Shown here: piece by piece, positions 36,412 through 45,711 of the stretch | How the letters are laid out: every line of letters starts with the position of its first letter | Numbering within the stretch: position 1 is the stretch's first letter | DNA from: Candidatus Dormiibacterota bacterium | Lineage (GTDB): Bacteria > Chloroflexota > Dormibacteria > Aeolococcales > Aeolococcaceae | Assembly (NCBI GenBank): GCA_963697085.1 | Contig: CAVOMR010000002.1 | Location: 336,070-400,069 of the forward strand | Direction: 5' to 3' | DNA length: 64,000 bases | Notes under the pieces: model-generated | Databases searched by the model: none | What the model saw: only the letters and a program-made list of their open reading frames with translations | What the model was told of the DNA's origin: nothing | Program-made: the position numbers and the translations under genes

Positions 36412-37986
36412 TCACGCAGTCTTCGGCTCGCCACCTTCCGGATTTGAGGGGCGCGACGGCAGCGCGACCAGGGCGATGACACAACCCGAGAACGCCACGA
36501 TGGCGGCGACGATCATTCCGAGATCCGACCCGCTGATAAACGCCGAGCGGGCCGCGTCACTCAGCAGCTGACCGGCGACGCCGCCGAGACGCTCGGCCAC
36601 GGCGAGCGCGCTGCCCACCAAGTCGAGGATCGTGTGCTGGATACCGGTCGGCAGGTGGTACCGAGCGAGGGCATCGCTCATGCGACTCTGGTAGCAACTC
36701 GACAGCAGGCTGCCGACAACGGCGACGCCCATCGCACCACCAATCTGCATGAACGTGCCGTTGGTCGCTGAGCCGACCCCCGTCTCGGCGCGCGGCACCG
36801 ACGAGATGACCGACCCCGACACGGAGGGCATCGCCAGGCCCGCGCCGACGCCCGCCAGGATGAGTCCCGGCAGGATGCCGAGATACCCGGAGTTGACCGT
36901 CGCCAACGAGGCTTCCCAGAGGCCGGCGCCGATGCACAGCATGCCTGCGGCCGTGGTCACCTTGTGTCCGGCGATGCGAACAAGCAGCGCGGACATCGGC
37001 GCGACAATCGCCACGGCGGCGGCGATCGGCAGCATCCGCACGCCCGCGTCGAGCGCGGAGTAGCCGAGGTTGAACTGCAGGAATTGTGTGAGCGCGAAGA
37101 GCGAACCGATCAACCCGAAGGAGACGAGTCCCATCGACGACACCGCGCACGAGAAGCTGCGTGCACGGAAGAAGCGGAGATTCAGCATCGGATGCGAGCT
37201 CGAGCGCTCCCACGCCGCAAACCCGGCGAGGAGCGCCAGACCGGCGACACCCGGAGCGGCGACGCGCAGTGACGACCATCCATTGGCGGGGGCTTCGATG
37301 ATCGCCCAGAGCACGAGTCCGATCCCGGCGATGGAGAGCAGCGCCCCGACAACGTCGGGCCGCCTCGCTGCCGGGTTCTTCGAGTCAGGGACCAACACCA
37401 CTGCGCACACCAGCGCAGCCACTGCGATCGGCACGTTGATCAGGAAGACCGATCCCCACCAGAAGCGCGCGAGGAGCAGCCCACCGATGATCGGCCCGAG
37501 TGCGAACCCGACACCGCTGGTCCCGGCCCAGACGCCGATGGCCCGCTGTCGCTTCGCACCATCAGGGAACACGTCGGCGATGATCGCCAGCGTCGACGGC
37601 ATCATCAATGCCGCCCCGATGCCCATGCTGGCACGCGCTGCGATGAGCATGCCAACGGAACCGGACGATGCCGCCCATGCAGAGCCCGCTGCAAACGCTG
37701 CGAGACCTGCGACAAAGGTTCGCTTCCGCCCGATGCGATCACCGAGGCTGCCTGCCACCAGAAGCAGGCCACCGAAGACCAGCGCGTAGGCGTCGACGAT
37801 CCACTGCAGATCACTCGACGTGGCATTCAGATCGCGCACGAGGGTTGGAAGCGCGACGTTCAGGACGGTGCTGTCGAGGTTGACAACCAGGATCGTCGAG
37901 CACAGCACGACGAGCGTGAGCCAGGGCGATCGGCGTGACCGCCCACGGGGCCACGAGGTCGTCGACAGCGTCTGCGTTACGGCCAC
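36412..37986 (-). CDS. MFS transporter, DHA2 (EmrB/QacA-like, 14 TM) family
   Basis: 524 aa. LDSTVLNVALPTL and GSLGDRIGRKR motifs. About 14 hydrophobic segments. Confidence 0.9.
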   Translation of the reverse strand: MAVTQTLSTTSWPRGRSRRSPWLTLVVLCSTILVVNLDSTVLNVALPTLVRDLNATSSDLQWIVDAYALVFGGLLLVAGSLGDRIGRKRTFVAGLAAFAAGSAWAASSGSVGMLIAARASMGIGAALMMPSTLAIIADVFPDGAKRQRAIGVWAGTSGVGFALGPIIGGLLLARFWWGSVFLINVPIAVAALVCAVVLVPDSKNPAARRPDVVGALLSIAGIGLVLWAIIEAPANGWSSLRVAAPGVAGLALLAGFAAWERSSSHPMLNLRFFRARSFSCAVSSMGLVSFGLIGSLFALTQFLQFNLGYSALDAGVRMLPIAAAVAIVAPMSALLVRIAGHKVTTAAGMLCIGAGLWEASLATVNSGYLGILPGLILAGVGAGLAMPSVSGSVISSVPRAETGVGSATNGTFMQIGGAMGVAVVGSLLSSCYQSRMSDALARYHLPTGIQHTILDLVGSALAVAERLGGVAGQLLSDAARSAFISGSDLGMIVAAIVAFSGCVIALVALPSRPSNPEGGEPKTA

Positions 37987-38010
37987 GTCTCTAGGTCTGT
38001 TCGCGTTGGC

Positions 38011-38394
38011 TCACGCGTGGACCGCACTTGACCGCGAGATCGATCCAGGCCGAGGGACGGAGAGGTGCCGCAGCGTCGTCCCAGCCCACACCAGGACCAA
38101 CACCGCCATGAAGACCGCGAGCACGGCGAAGCTGTTGGTGATCACCGTGACGACACCGGCGGCCACGAGCGCGCTCACCAGGACGCCGGCGATCCTCCGC
38201 CACGTCCCCGGCTTCGAGACGGTCACCGATTCACCTGCGACAGCGCACGCGACCAAGCCGAGCAACAGTCCGGTCGCCGCCACGCCGCGGGCATCGGCGA
38301 TGAAGCCCAGGCTCGAGCCACCGGCGACATCGATATACAGGACGGCCATCGCCGCAACGATCAGCGTTGCGATGAGATCTCTCACAACTCGCAT
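38011..38394 (-). CDS. Small integral membrane protein (4 TM)
   Basis: ATG at 38394 preceded by GGAGG (38405..38401). Confidence 0.65.
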   Translation of the reverse strand: MRVVRDLIATLIVAAMAVLYIDVAGGSSLGFIADARGVAATGLLLGLVACAVAGESVTVSKPGTWRRIAGVLVSALVAAGVVTVITNSFAVLAVFMAVLVLVWAGTTLRHLSVPRPGSISRSSAVHA

Positions 38395-38554
38395 CGTCGT
38401 ACCTCCGTAAGGACCGAGCTGAGCGCGATCCTTCACTGATCGTTGCTCAGGGCCTGCCACTTTGACCAGGGCCGAAGGTCATCGAGGGCGTGGTCGTCCG
38501 ACTGTTCCCATGCTCATCTGGGAGCCGCGCCGCGGGTGCGCTCCCGGCTCCGCC

Positions 38555-38998
38555 TCAGGACAATTCGGCGATGCCCTGCGCGACCCACGCCTTGAGATCC
38601 TCGGAGGCGCAGAAAGGCGCCTGGTCCGCCTCGGCGCGCGCCAGCACCTGGTCGGCGGTGGCACCGGCTTTGAGGCCGGCGTAGAGGTAAGCCGCCGCCG
38701 ACGAGCGCGGACCGGTGCGACAGGTCACGAGCGTCGGCCGCGGGAGCTCGTCGAGCGCCGCCATCTGCTTGCGGGCCAGAGCCATATCAAGGATCCGAGG
38801 TGGATCGGACACGATGTTGACCGACGTCGGGACTGCCGCCTCTACGTCGGCATAGGACATCCCGCCCTCCATCGCGGCAAATTCCCCGCCGCAGAGAAAG
38901 AGCCAGGAGGCGGCGTTCGCATCACGCGCGAAGGCCGCGGGATCCGCGATCAACCCGCGGTTGTACGTGAGCCCGGTGGGACCTTCAAAGTCGGCCAT
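38555..38998 (-). CDS. Rhodanese/DUF442-like sulfurtransferase- or phosphatase-fold protein (active-site loop CRTGPRS)
   Basis: 147 aa. LVTCRTGPRSSAAAY resembles the CxxGxR(S/T) loop. Confidence 0.5.
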   Translation of the reverse strand: MADFEGPTGLTYNRGLIADPAAFARDANAASWLFLCGGEFAAMEGGMSYADVEAAVPTSVNIVSDPPRILDMALARKQMAALDELPRPTLVTCRTGPRSSAAAYLYAGLKAGATADQVLARAEADQAPFCASEDLKAWVAQGIAELS

Positions 38999-39103
38999 GA
39001 CGGGCAGTGTAAACGTCGTCCGAAGCTCGATTCAAGCTGGATCTCCGCGGTGAGCACGCGCACTGGTCGAACGTTGACTGGCGTTTCGCCGGCCGCCGCG
39101 CCT

Positions 39104-40313
39104 TCAACGGCCGGCGATGATCGTTCCTCCGTCTCCCACGGCAAAGCACACACTCGGTCCGGGGCATGCGATGGCCGCCAGGTCGACATGGGTTGGACTG
39201 TTCTGCGTGGTCATGGTCGTGCCGTTCGTGATGGAGATGATCGCCCCGCCGCTGCCGACGACAGAGCATGTGATGGCGTTGGCACAGCTGACACCGCTGA
39301 GAACGGGCGCCCAGTCAGGCCCGATCGACGTCCAGTGCTGCCCTCCGTCGGACGTGCGGGCGACATCAGTGCCGGATCCAAAGGGGTTGGTGTCATCGAT
39401 CCCATAACAGACGCTGGGAGTTGGGCAGTCGGCAGCGTCAGGACCGAACGAGGTGCATGTGGTCGTGGCCTCGACGCACCTCCACGTCCCAGAAGCGCTC
39501 GAGGACAGCATCGCGGACGCAAAGCCACAGTGGCCACAGCCCAGCACGTGCTCCCCGCCCGCGTAACACGTACCGGTCGCTGTGCAGGAGATCCAAACCA
39601 GCGGATACGGATCGAGACTTCTGGTCGCAGTCGGCATCACACACAACGCCGGCGGGCACCGCCTGAGTGATCCAGGTGGCGCCGCCGTCGCGGGTGCTCC
39701 AGATGGAGCTTGCCGCGGTCAAAGCCGCTCCAACCACTTCAGTGCCATACGCCGCGGAGGTGGTCGCCACCGCCTGGCAGTCGGCCGCGCTGACGCAGGC
39801 GATGCCGAGGAGTCCGAGCCGACACAGTTCGGGACGACCCGCGATCGGGGTGTATGCGGGCAGACATGCACTGTCGGTGAGCGCCCCGGTCGGGAGGCCG
39901 AGCCCGAGACGATGGCTCGTCCAGGTCGCTCCACTATCGTGTGTCACGAGGATGGTGTCCGGACGCGCGATCACATAGCAGGAGCTCGGCGCCGCGCACG
40001 CGATCCGATAGAGCGCCGCTGATGAGTCATCGAGCGGGTTGGCTTGCGCTTGCCATGTCTCGCCGCCATTCGCGGTCGCAACGATTGCGCCGGCGCCCCC
40101 GACGGCCTCGCACCGCAGCTCGGTGAGACACGCGACGTCGTACAGCGGTTGGCGAGTGCCGCTGGTCTGGAGCTGCCAGGTCAGTCGCGGGTGGGCGGTG
40201 GTTTGAAGGCTGGCGCCGCACCCCGCCATGACCACGCTGACGCAGGCGCTCCAGAACGCCCGGCGGCTCTTCCTCCTTGAAGCGCTAGGCGATGAATCCG
40301 AAGACCAGGGCAT
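39104..40313 (-). pseudogene. Lipoprotein with BNR/Ycf48-like repeats, split by a frame switch at a (CA)4/(TG)4 tract
   Basis: ORF 39438..40313 has lipobox VVMAGCG and repeats NGGETW, DSGATW, RDGGATW. It continues in ORF 39104..39646 (SDGGQHW, ...GDGGTIIAGR). The frames meet at 39638..39645. Confidence 0.65.
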
Positions 40314-40348
40314 ATACCGCGAAGGCTAGCCCCACTGAGGGGGGTCGG

Positions 40349-40636
40349 TTACCGATCGGGGTCGGACGCCGCGTCCTCGGCGTCGAGCGGCGCGTCGTCG
40401 GCCTCGCGTTCCTCCATCCAGGCAAATGGACAGCGGCCATCCGGGGGCGCCGATACCGTGAACGGCAGTCCGTCAGCGTCGCTCCCGACTGAGGGGATGA
40501 CGCGCAACCCAACGCAGTCGTACGGGGGCTTCTCGGCTCGCGGGCAGCGACCACTCGTATCCGGCCCCGTGCACATGCCGACAACCTGGTGTGTCACCGG
40601 GTCGGTCATCAGGAACAAGCGCTCGTGCTGTGCCAT
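40349..40636 (-). CDS. Small Cys-containing hypothetical protein (95 aa) with acidic tail
   Basis: ATG at 40636 (MAQHERLFLMTDPVTHQVVGMCTGPDTSGRCP...). The rest of ORF 40349..41035 upstream is junk. Confidence 0.45.
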   Translation of the reverse strand: MAQHERLFLMTDPVTHQVVGMCTGPDTSGRCPRAEKPPYDCVGLRVIPSVGSDADGLPFTVSAPPDGRCPFAWMEEREADDAPLDAEDAASDPDR

Positions 40637-40838
40637 GTCGCCAGCATCGCCCTCGACCCTCACTCCTGGGAAGGGCCGAAAGGCCCGATTTAGACCTTCG
40701 CTACACCCGCGGCACCAGGGGCCAGATCCGTCCGGTTGGTGCATTTGGGCAACCTCGTGTGTGTTCCGCGGGCGCAGCCGAGATTCAGAGGCGTACGGGG
40801 CGCGTGACGAGCGAAGGTTTCGGCGGTGGCGCCGGTTC

Positions 40839-41040
40839 TGGGAATCGCTCGCAGACCACCACACCCTCGTGCGGTACGACAAGCCGGGAACTGGCATGTC
40901 GACCAGAGCCGCGGTGGTGCCCAGCCTCGAAGGCGAGCTCGCGCTCATCGATGCGGTGGCCACCGCGGTCGGCGCGTCCCGATTTGATCTTCTGGGGACG
41001 TCGATGACGGCTGCAGTGGCCGCGGCCTGGCGCATCCCGC
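40839..41040 (+). pseudogene. Internal fragment of an alpha/beta-hydrolase gene
   Basis: WESLADHHTLVRYDKPGTGMS...RFDLLGTSMTAAVAAAW resembles the HGxxG...D.RG.G.S...GxSxG region. No N- or C-terminal parts found. Confidence 0.3.
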
Positions 41041-41151
41041 GGGCGCGATCGCTGTTCGATTATCTCCCGTGTGCGGCTACCGTCTGGCTTTGCGAGAGGT
41101 TCGGCGCAGGAGGAGCTCTGCGCCTCGCACCACGACGCGGCGGGGTCGGGC

Positions 41152-41529
41152 TCACGCCTCCGCGATGACGCTGATCGACACGCGCATACCCGGCACATCA
41201 ACCGGTAGCTTCGCGCCCTGCCGAGCGGGCGGATCCACTGGAAACCACGACCGCCACTCCTCGTTCATCCCGGCGAAGTCCTCGGGGTTTCGCAGGATGA
41301 ACGTCGCGCTCACCACCTTGTCGAGCGAAGTCTCTGCAGCGGAGAGTATCGCCGAGACGTTCTCGAGGCATTGACGCGTCTGCTCCTGGATGGTGGTTCC
41401 GACCAGCCGTCCGGTCGCAGGGTCAAAGGCCGCCTGACCGGACACGAACACGAGTCCGGCGGCCTTCACGGCTTGGCTGTAGAACGCGGATTTCGTGGCC
41501 GCATCGGTGCTGACGCAATCTCTGGACAT
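41152..41529 (-). CDS. ridA: RidA/YjgF family reactive-intermediate deaminase
   Basis: 125 aa. YSQAVKAAGLVFVSGQ...TFILRNPEDFAGMNE...PARQGAKLP. Confidence 0.85.
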   Translation of the reverse strand: MSRDCVSTDAATKSAFYSQAVKAAGLVFVSGQAAFDPATGRLVGTTIQEQTRQCLENVSAILSAAETSLDKVVSATFILRNPEDFAGMNEEWRSWFPVDPPARQGAKLPVDVPGMRVSISVIAEA

Positions 41530-41669
41530 TTCGCATCCTTCTTGAACCTGCTGACACGAATCTGGAGGCGGGGATCGAAGCGTGCTAGGTCAGCATCGCC
41601 TCGCGTCTCCGGTGCATGGAAACGCAACTCGTCGGGAGCTCTCGATGAGCTGGGAGCCCGTTCTGAATC

Positions 41670-42182
41670 TCAGTTGGAATCAGATGCTGTGCCTACTATG
41701 AGCAGCCAGGAGCCTGAAACCATGAAGAAGAAGTTGACGATGAGCGCTACTGCGCTGATGTAGATCCCCACACCGGTGCCAAGACACAGCAAGACGGCGC
41801 CGACCATCTGGCCCAGGTAACACGCGCTGCCACCAACAATTCGAAAACTGCTCAGAGCAAAGAGGCTACCGCCTAACCTGAAAGCCTGGACATAGCCGTT
41901 GGTGTTTATCGTTGCTGCCAGCAAGGACACAATCAGCCACTCAATCCCTATCGTGCGGTATGTCTGGGCTCCCATCAGCGCAAACGCACAGATGATGAAT
42001 GCAGCGGTGAGGCCGGTAAGCATGTTGATGGCCCTGTATCGATGCGTCGCGTCCTGAGCCACGCCTTTCAGATTGATTGTGAGAGCCACAAAGACCAGTC
42101 CCGTCAGGGCGGCAGCGCCAGTGCCTACCAGAATGAAGAAGTTATTCCATTGTTCAGCCACATAGCCTGTGGAAGCGACCAT
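41670..42182 (-). CDS. Integral membrane protein (5-6 TM), low-GC gene
   Basis: ATG at 42182 chosen to avoid the lipoprotein fragment. Spot GC about 52% at 41881..41940 by hand count. Confidence 0.6.
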   Translation of the reverse strand: MVASTGYVAEQWNNFFILVGTGAAALTGLVFVALTINLKGVAQDATHRYRAINMLTGLTAAFIICAFALMGAQTYRTIGIEWLIVSLLAATINTNGYVQAFRLGGSLFALSSFRIVGGSACYLGQMVGAVLLCLGTGVGIYISAVALIVNFFFMVSGSWLLIVGTASDSN

Positions 42183-42226
42183 TGGGCTCGCAATGTTAAC
42201 CCACGCCGAGTCCGGCTGCGTCAGCC

Positions 42227-42430
42227 GTGGCGACAGCATTCCCCACCCCGACGCCCATGCCGACTCCAAGGCCGACGGCTTCGCCGAACTTCACACCACT
42301 TGATGTGCCAGTGGTGGGAACAGGGGCGGCCAGCCCGGTTGTCGCAGTCGTGGATCTTGCGAGCATCGACTACGACACCGGAGACCGCGTCTCTTCCGAT
42401 TGCACCGGCTCGACCTACCTCGCCTCCCCT
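42227..42430 (+). pseudogene. Internal fragment paralogous to the lipoprotein at 26200..26850
   Basis: VVGTGAASPVVAVVDLASIDYDTGDRVSSDCTGSTYLASP compares with VVGTGATSPVTAVSDVADFDFDSGRHISGDCNAASYLTPP. No signal/lipobox and no C-terminal domain. Confidence 0.55.
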
Positions 42431-42500
42431 TCGTCTCCAACATCAGTCGCTGGAACGCGCAGGATACCTCCGACGACCATGTCATTTGGAGGAACCATCG

Positions 42501-43292
42501 GTGACAGACATTCCGGCTGATGCGCCCCGCTCGGACGATGGCCAGTGGTGGTGGGACGGAACAGCGTGGCAGCCGGTTGGTCAGGCTGCCGCCGGCCATG
42601 TGGCGGCAGGGCTCGATCCTCAACTGGTGGAAGCAGCCAGGAAGGAACTGCAACTCGACAGTGACATGGAGCAAATCGCCGCGTTCGCGCCCGGCGACTA
42701 CCAGAAGTACCAGGAGGAGCGGCGGATCCTCGCCGACTTCGTCGACAGCGCGGAGTCGAACAACCCGAATGTCCCGGTCCCTGTCCCGGACGAGTGGCAC
42801 AAGGAGCTGCAACTGATCGGCGAAGCCCGCAAGGACCTGTGCAACAACGCGCGCGTCGCCCTCGAGTTCAGGGTCAAGGCGGCCGAACACCACCTCGAGT
42901 TGGAACGGCAGAGCCTCGAACGGGTCATCGCCGCCCTCGAGGATTTCAAGGAGGCCCACGAGGCCGCGGAGGCAGCCGAACATCTCTCGTCGACGCTGCT
43001 GCAACTCAACGAACTGGTGGAGGTGATCCACGAGCCGGAGAAGATGTATGACGTGCTCAAGGAGAAGATCACGGGTTCACCGGACGACATCATCGAAGCC
43101 GGCATCAGGGATCTCGGTCAGTACTACGAGCAGGTGACCCTGGCCAGCCACGGATTCTCGAGCTTCGAGGACATGGCCAACTACGCCAAAGCATCCGTCC
43201 GCAATGTCGTCACGGCCGGCGAGGCTCTCGGCGACGTGGTAGGCCCCTACAGGATTGCCCAGAGGGACTACGACATCCCGGTCACACACTAG
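42501..43292 (+). CDS. Hypothetical helical protein with N-terminal 'DGQWWWDGxxWQP' module
   Basis: GTG at 42501 preceded by GGAGGA. VTDIPADAPRSDDGQWWWDGTAWQPV, then about 230 aa rich in Glu/Leu/Ala helices. Confidence 0.6.
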   Translation: MTDIPADAPRSDDGQWWWDGTAWQPVGQAAAGHVAAGLDPQLVEAARKELQLDSDMEQIAAFAPGDYQKYQEERRILADFVDSAESNNPNVPVPVPDEWHKELQLIGEARKDLCNNARVALEFRVKAAEHHLELERQSLERVIAALEDFKEAHEAAEAAEHLSSTLLQLNELVEVIHEPEKMYDVLKEKITGSPDDIIEAGIRDLGQYYEQVTLASHGFSSFEDMANYAKASVRNVVTAGEALGDVVGPYRIAQRDYDIPVTH

Positions 43293-43446
43293 AAGGCGTC
43301 AACGACGCGTCCAGGGGTGCCGAAGGACGGGTCAGAAGGTCAGGGGTAATCCGCCGACACCTAGCTGGAACGCGATTACGGAGCGGGTCACCCCTGCCTA
43401 CGACCTCCGACGATCGACCCTAGGTTCTCTACGTACACTGACGCGC

Positions 43447-43830
43447 ATGGCATGCCGCATCAGTGAGCTGGTCATCGACGCCGCCGACCCCGACCGGCTC
43501 GCCGCATTCTGGAGCCAGGTCCTCGGCTACGTCGAACTCGGCCGTGAGGCCGACGGTGTCATCGAGATCGGGCCGCGCGACGCTGGTTTCGGCGGCCCGC
43601 AGCCTACCCTCGTCTTCATCCGCAGCAGCGACCCGCGGACAGGGAAGCTCCGATTGCACATCGACGTCAATGCCACCGACCGCGACCAGGACGCCGAGCT
43701 GGAACGGCTGCTTGCTCTCGGCGCCACGCCGGCCGATATCGGCCAGACCGGCACCGAGAACTGGCACGTGCTGGCAGACCCCGAAGGCAACGAATTCTGC
43801 CTACTGCACAGGCGGCTCCCGCCCCTCTGA
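43447..43830 (+). CDS. VOC (glyoxalase/bleomycin-resistance fold) family protein
   Basis: ATG at 43447. ELVIDAADPDRLAAFWSQVLGY...LHIDV...WHVLADPEGNEFCL. Confidence 0.8.
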   Translation: MACRISELVIDAADPDRLAAFWSQVLGYVELGREADGVIEIGPRDAGFGGPQPTLVFIRSSDPRTGKLRLHIDVNATDRDQDAELERLLALGATPADIGQTGTENWHVLADPEGNEFCLLHRRLPPL

Positions 43831-43881
43831 CAAATGTGGTGCTGGCGCCGCACTGTGGCTGTCGACCGCGAATACGCTGCG

Positions 43882-43926
43882 TGGTGCCCAGGGACAGGAT
43901 CGAACTGTCGACACCAGGTTTCTCAG
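43882..43926 (-). other. tRNA 3'-half-like fragment (anticodon-loop-like CTGAGAA, T-arm, acceptor 3' strand, encoded CCA); 5' half absent
   Basis: Minus strand: CTGAGAA ACCTG GTGTC GACAG TTCGATC CTGTC CCTGGGC A CCA. No GCCCAGG or D-arm in the 150 nt upstream. Confidence 0.55.
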
Positions 43927-44031
43927 TCGAGCGAAGCGACGTTCGCCGAGGTCCTGTACGATCCGCAATCGTATTCAGGATGGACTGAATGAACGGACTA
44001 ACGTCTCCTGATTTCCACCCTCGTCCATGGA
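43924..44031 (-). repeat. Copy 1 of a ~108-nt imperfect repeat (22-nt perfect core 43998..44019)
   Basis: The core CTAACGTCTCCTGATTTCCACC is identical to 54315..54336. The flanks align by hand at roughly 70% identity. Confidence 0.7.
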
Positions 44032-44196
44032 CGAAGGTGTCAGGTTAGGTGTCATTCCAGCGCCGTTCGTCAGTCAAGGCAAGGGCGTCCGAGGTGCCTG
44101 TCGGGAGCCCTTCATCCACCCGAAGAGAGGACGTCGAGGCCATCTGGCGTTCGATTTCGGAACTGGCCGGTCGGCCGGTCGCGCCCTAGGCTCGTC

Positions 44197-44499
44197 GTGA
44201 TGCTCCGACTGCCAGATCCACCTCCACAGATCCGGCTCAAAGTGTGGCCCTATCCGCTCGTCGATGCGGTCGCCGGCGTGGTGGAGATCGAGGCCTACAG
44301 CGCTGACATCATGGCCGGGACAAAGCGCGTCCGGCACCTGCGCCCTCCGATGGTTCGCGACTACGAGGGCGCCCGATACGTGATCGTTCTTGACGACGAG
44401 GCCGTGATCGCCGTCTACCGGGTCGTCCCGCGACGGCCATTGGATCCCGATCGGCTCTTGGAATGGCCCTTCGACGAGGATGACGTGAGCCTCACCTAG
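44197..44499 (+). CDS. Hypothetical protein (100 aa)
   Basis: ORF with ordinary composition. The antisense ORF 44074..44634 is Arg-rich junk. Confidence 0.45.
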   Translation: MMLRLPDPPPQIRLKVWPYPLVDAVAGVVEIEAYSADIMAGTKRVRHLRPPMVRDYEGARYVIVLDDEAVIAVYRVVPRRPLDPDRLLEWPFDEDDVSLT

Positions 44500-44698
44500 C
44501 GGTGAGAGACCAGACAAGGAACGCAAGGATGTACGGCCCTGTCTGGCCCATTGACGAGCATAGGCTCTTCGTGCCCGTGCGGCGTCGGTGACGCCCGCGC
44601 TGGGGGGACTACGAACCGGGATCACCTCGCCCATGCCGGTGAGCAGCGCCGCGATTCGCGGTCGCGCTGTCGGAATGGTGAATTGCCAGCCTCACAGG

Positions 44699-45391
44699 TT
44701 AAGTCAACGATGCGGCGTAGAAGGTAATGATCCGCGAGCCGTCGGGCGTGAGGCAGGTTTGAAATTGGGCGGCTGTCCCCGGCGGCGGCATGGCAGCCGG
44801 GCCATGCGCGTAGGTGTACTGATGACCCTCGATGACGTAGGCACGAGCAACTCCGGCCGCGTTGTACCAGGTGAGAGTCTCGCCGTTGTAGGCGTGGGTG
44901 AGGCTGGTAAGAGGGCCACCGAAACTGTGGCCGACGAAGTACGTATCCCATTTCATGCAGGTATCGATGGCAACAGTGGCTCGCGAGAGTGCGGTGCGGC
45001 TGGTGCAGTCTCGATAGATCGAGACTCCCACATCAAGCCCCGGGCCGATCAGGCGGTTACGAGGAGGATCCGAAGTCAACGTTGCCATTGCCCCCCGTCC
45101 CGTCGGCCTCGACGGTGATGTCGTGCGGGCGACGGGGGGAGTCCTGGGAACTGCCGCACGCGGTGACGTCTGACTCAACGAGACCGCAACAGTCGGGGCG
45201 GAGTGCACGACCACCGAGGACGAGCGGACCGACGCGGGCGTTCCCGCCGGCGACGCCGGGTTTGTCGTGTGGGCTCTCGGTATGGAGCCGCCACAACCGG
45301 TAGCCAGCAGGGCAGTCGCAGCCGCGATGATGAGCGGTCGCGTCCTGGTGGGACTCAAGATGTGCGTACGCGCGAGAGCCGGCGTCTTCAT
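44699..45391 (-). CDS. Lipoprotein with a possible sortase-like (His...TC...Arg) C-terminal domain
   Basis: ATG at 45391. Lipobox ALLATGCGG, then a Pro/Ser/Thr linker. C-terminal VGHSFGGP...TLTWYNAAGVARAYVIEG...FQTCLTPDGSRIITFYA. Confidence 0.5.
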   Translation of the reverse strand: MKTPALARTHILSPTRTRPLIIAAATALLATGCGGSIPRAHTTNPASPAGTPASVRSSSVVVHSAPTVAVSLSQTSPRAAVPRTPPVARTTSPSRPTGRGAMATLTSDPPRNRLIGPGLDVGVSIYRDCTSRTALSRATVAIDTCMKWDTYFVGHSFGGPLTSLTHAYNGETLTWYNAAGVARAYVIEGHQYTYAHGPAAMPPPGTAAQFQTCLTPDGSRIITFYAASLT

Positions 45392-45711
45392 GGAGGTGGT
45401 TGGGTGTTCATGAGTGCTTCTACTCCCATCACGCAACATGGAACGGCGAACTCCGAAGATCCCGGATGTCGGTGCCCTTGTGTCGCGGGCGTCACATCGC
45501 TTGGCTGCGACTTGCGCACTTCGTTACGAACCCGAGCGTCCCGTATTCGAAACGGTGCTCTCAATCTCCACGAACTTCACCGGCGCGATCCTGGCTCAGG
45601 GCCTTCGGGTGGAATTAGCCGGAACGACGGTGGTTTGAGCGAGGCAACCCTGCCCCGAAACCTGAAAATCGCAAAGATTCAATGGTGTTACCATCGATGG
45701 GAAGGAGGGAT

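Noticed and set aside
43882-44031. Idea that the tRNA-like 3' end plus the upstream conserved element is a tmRNA or another tRNA-like ncRNA.
   Set aside because: The acceptor strand CCTGGGC-A-CCA does not fit the GGGGCUG/CAGCUCC alanine-type tmRNA acceptor. No matching 5' strand, resume codon or tag-peptide ORF is visible.
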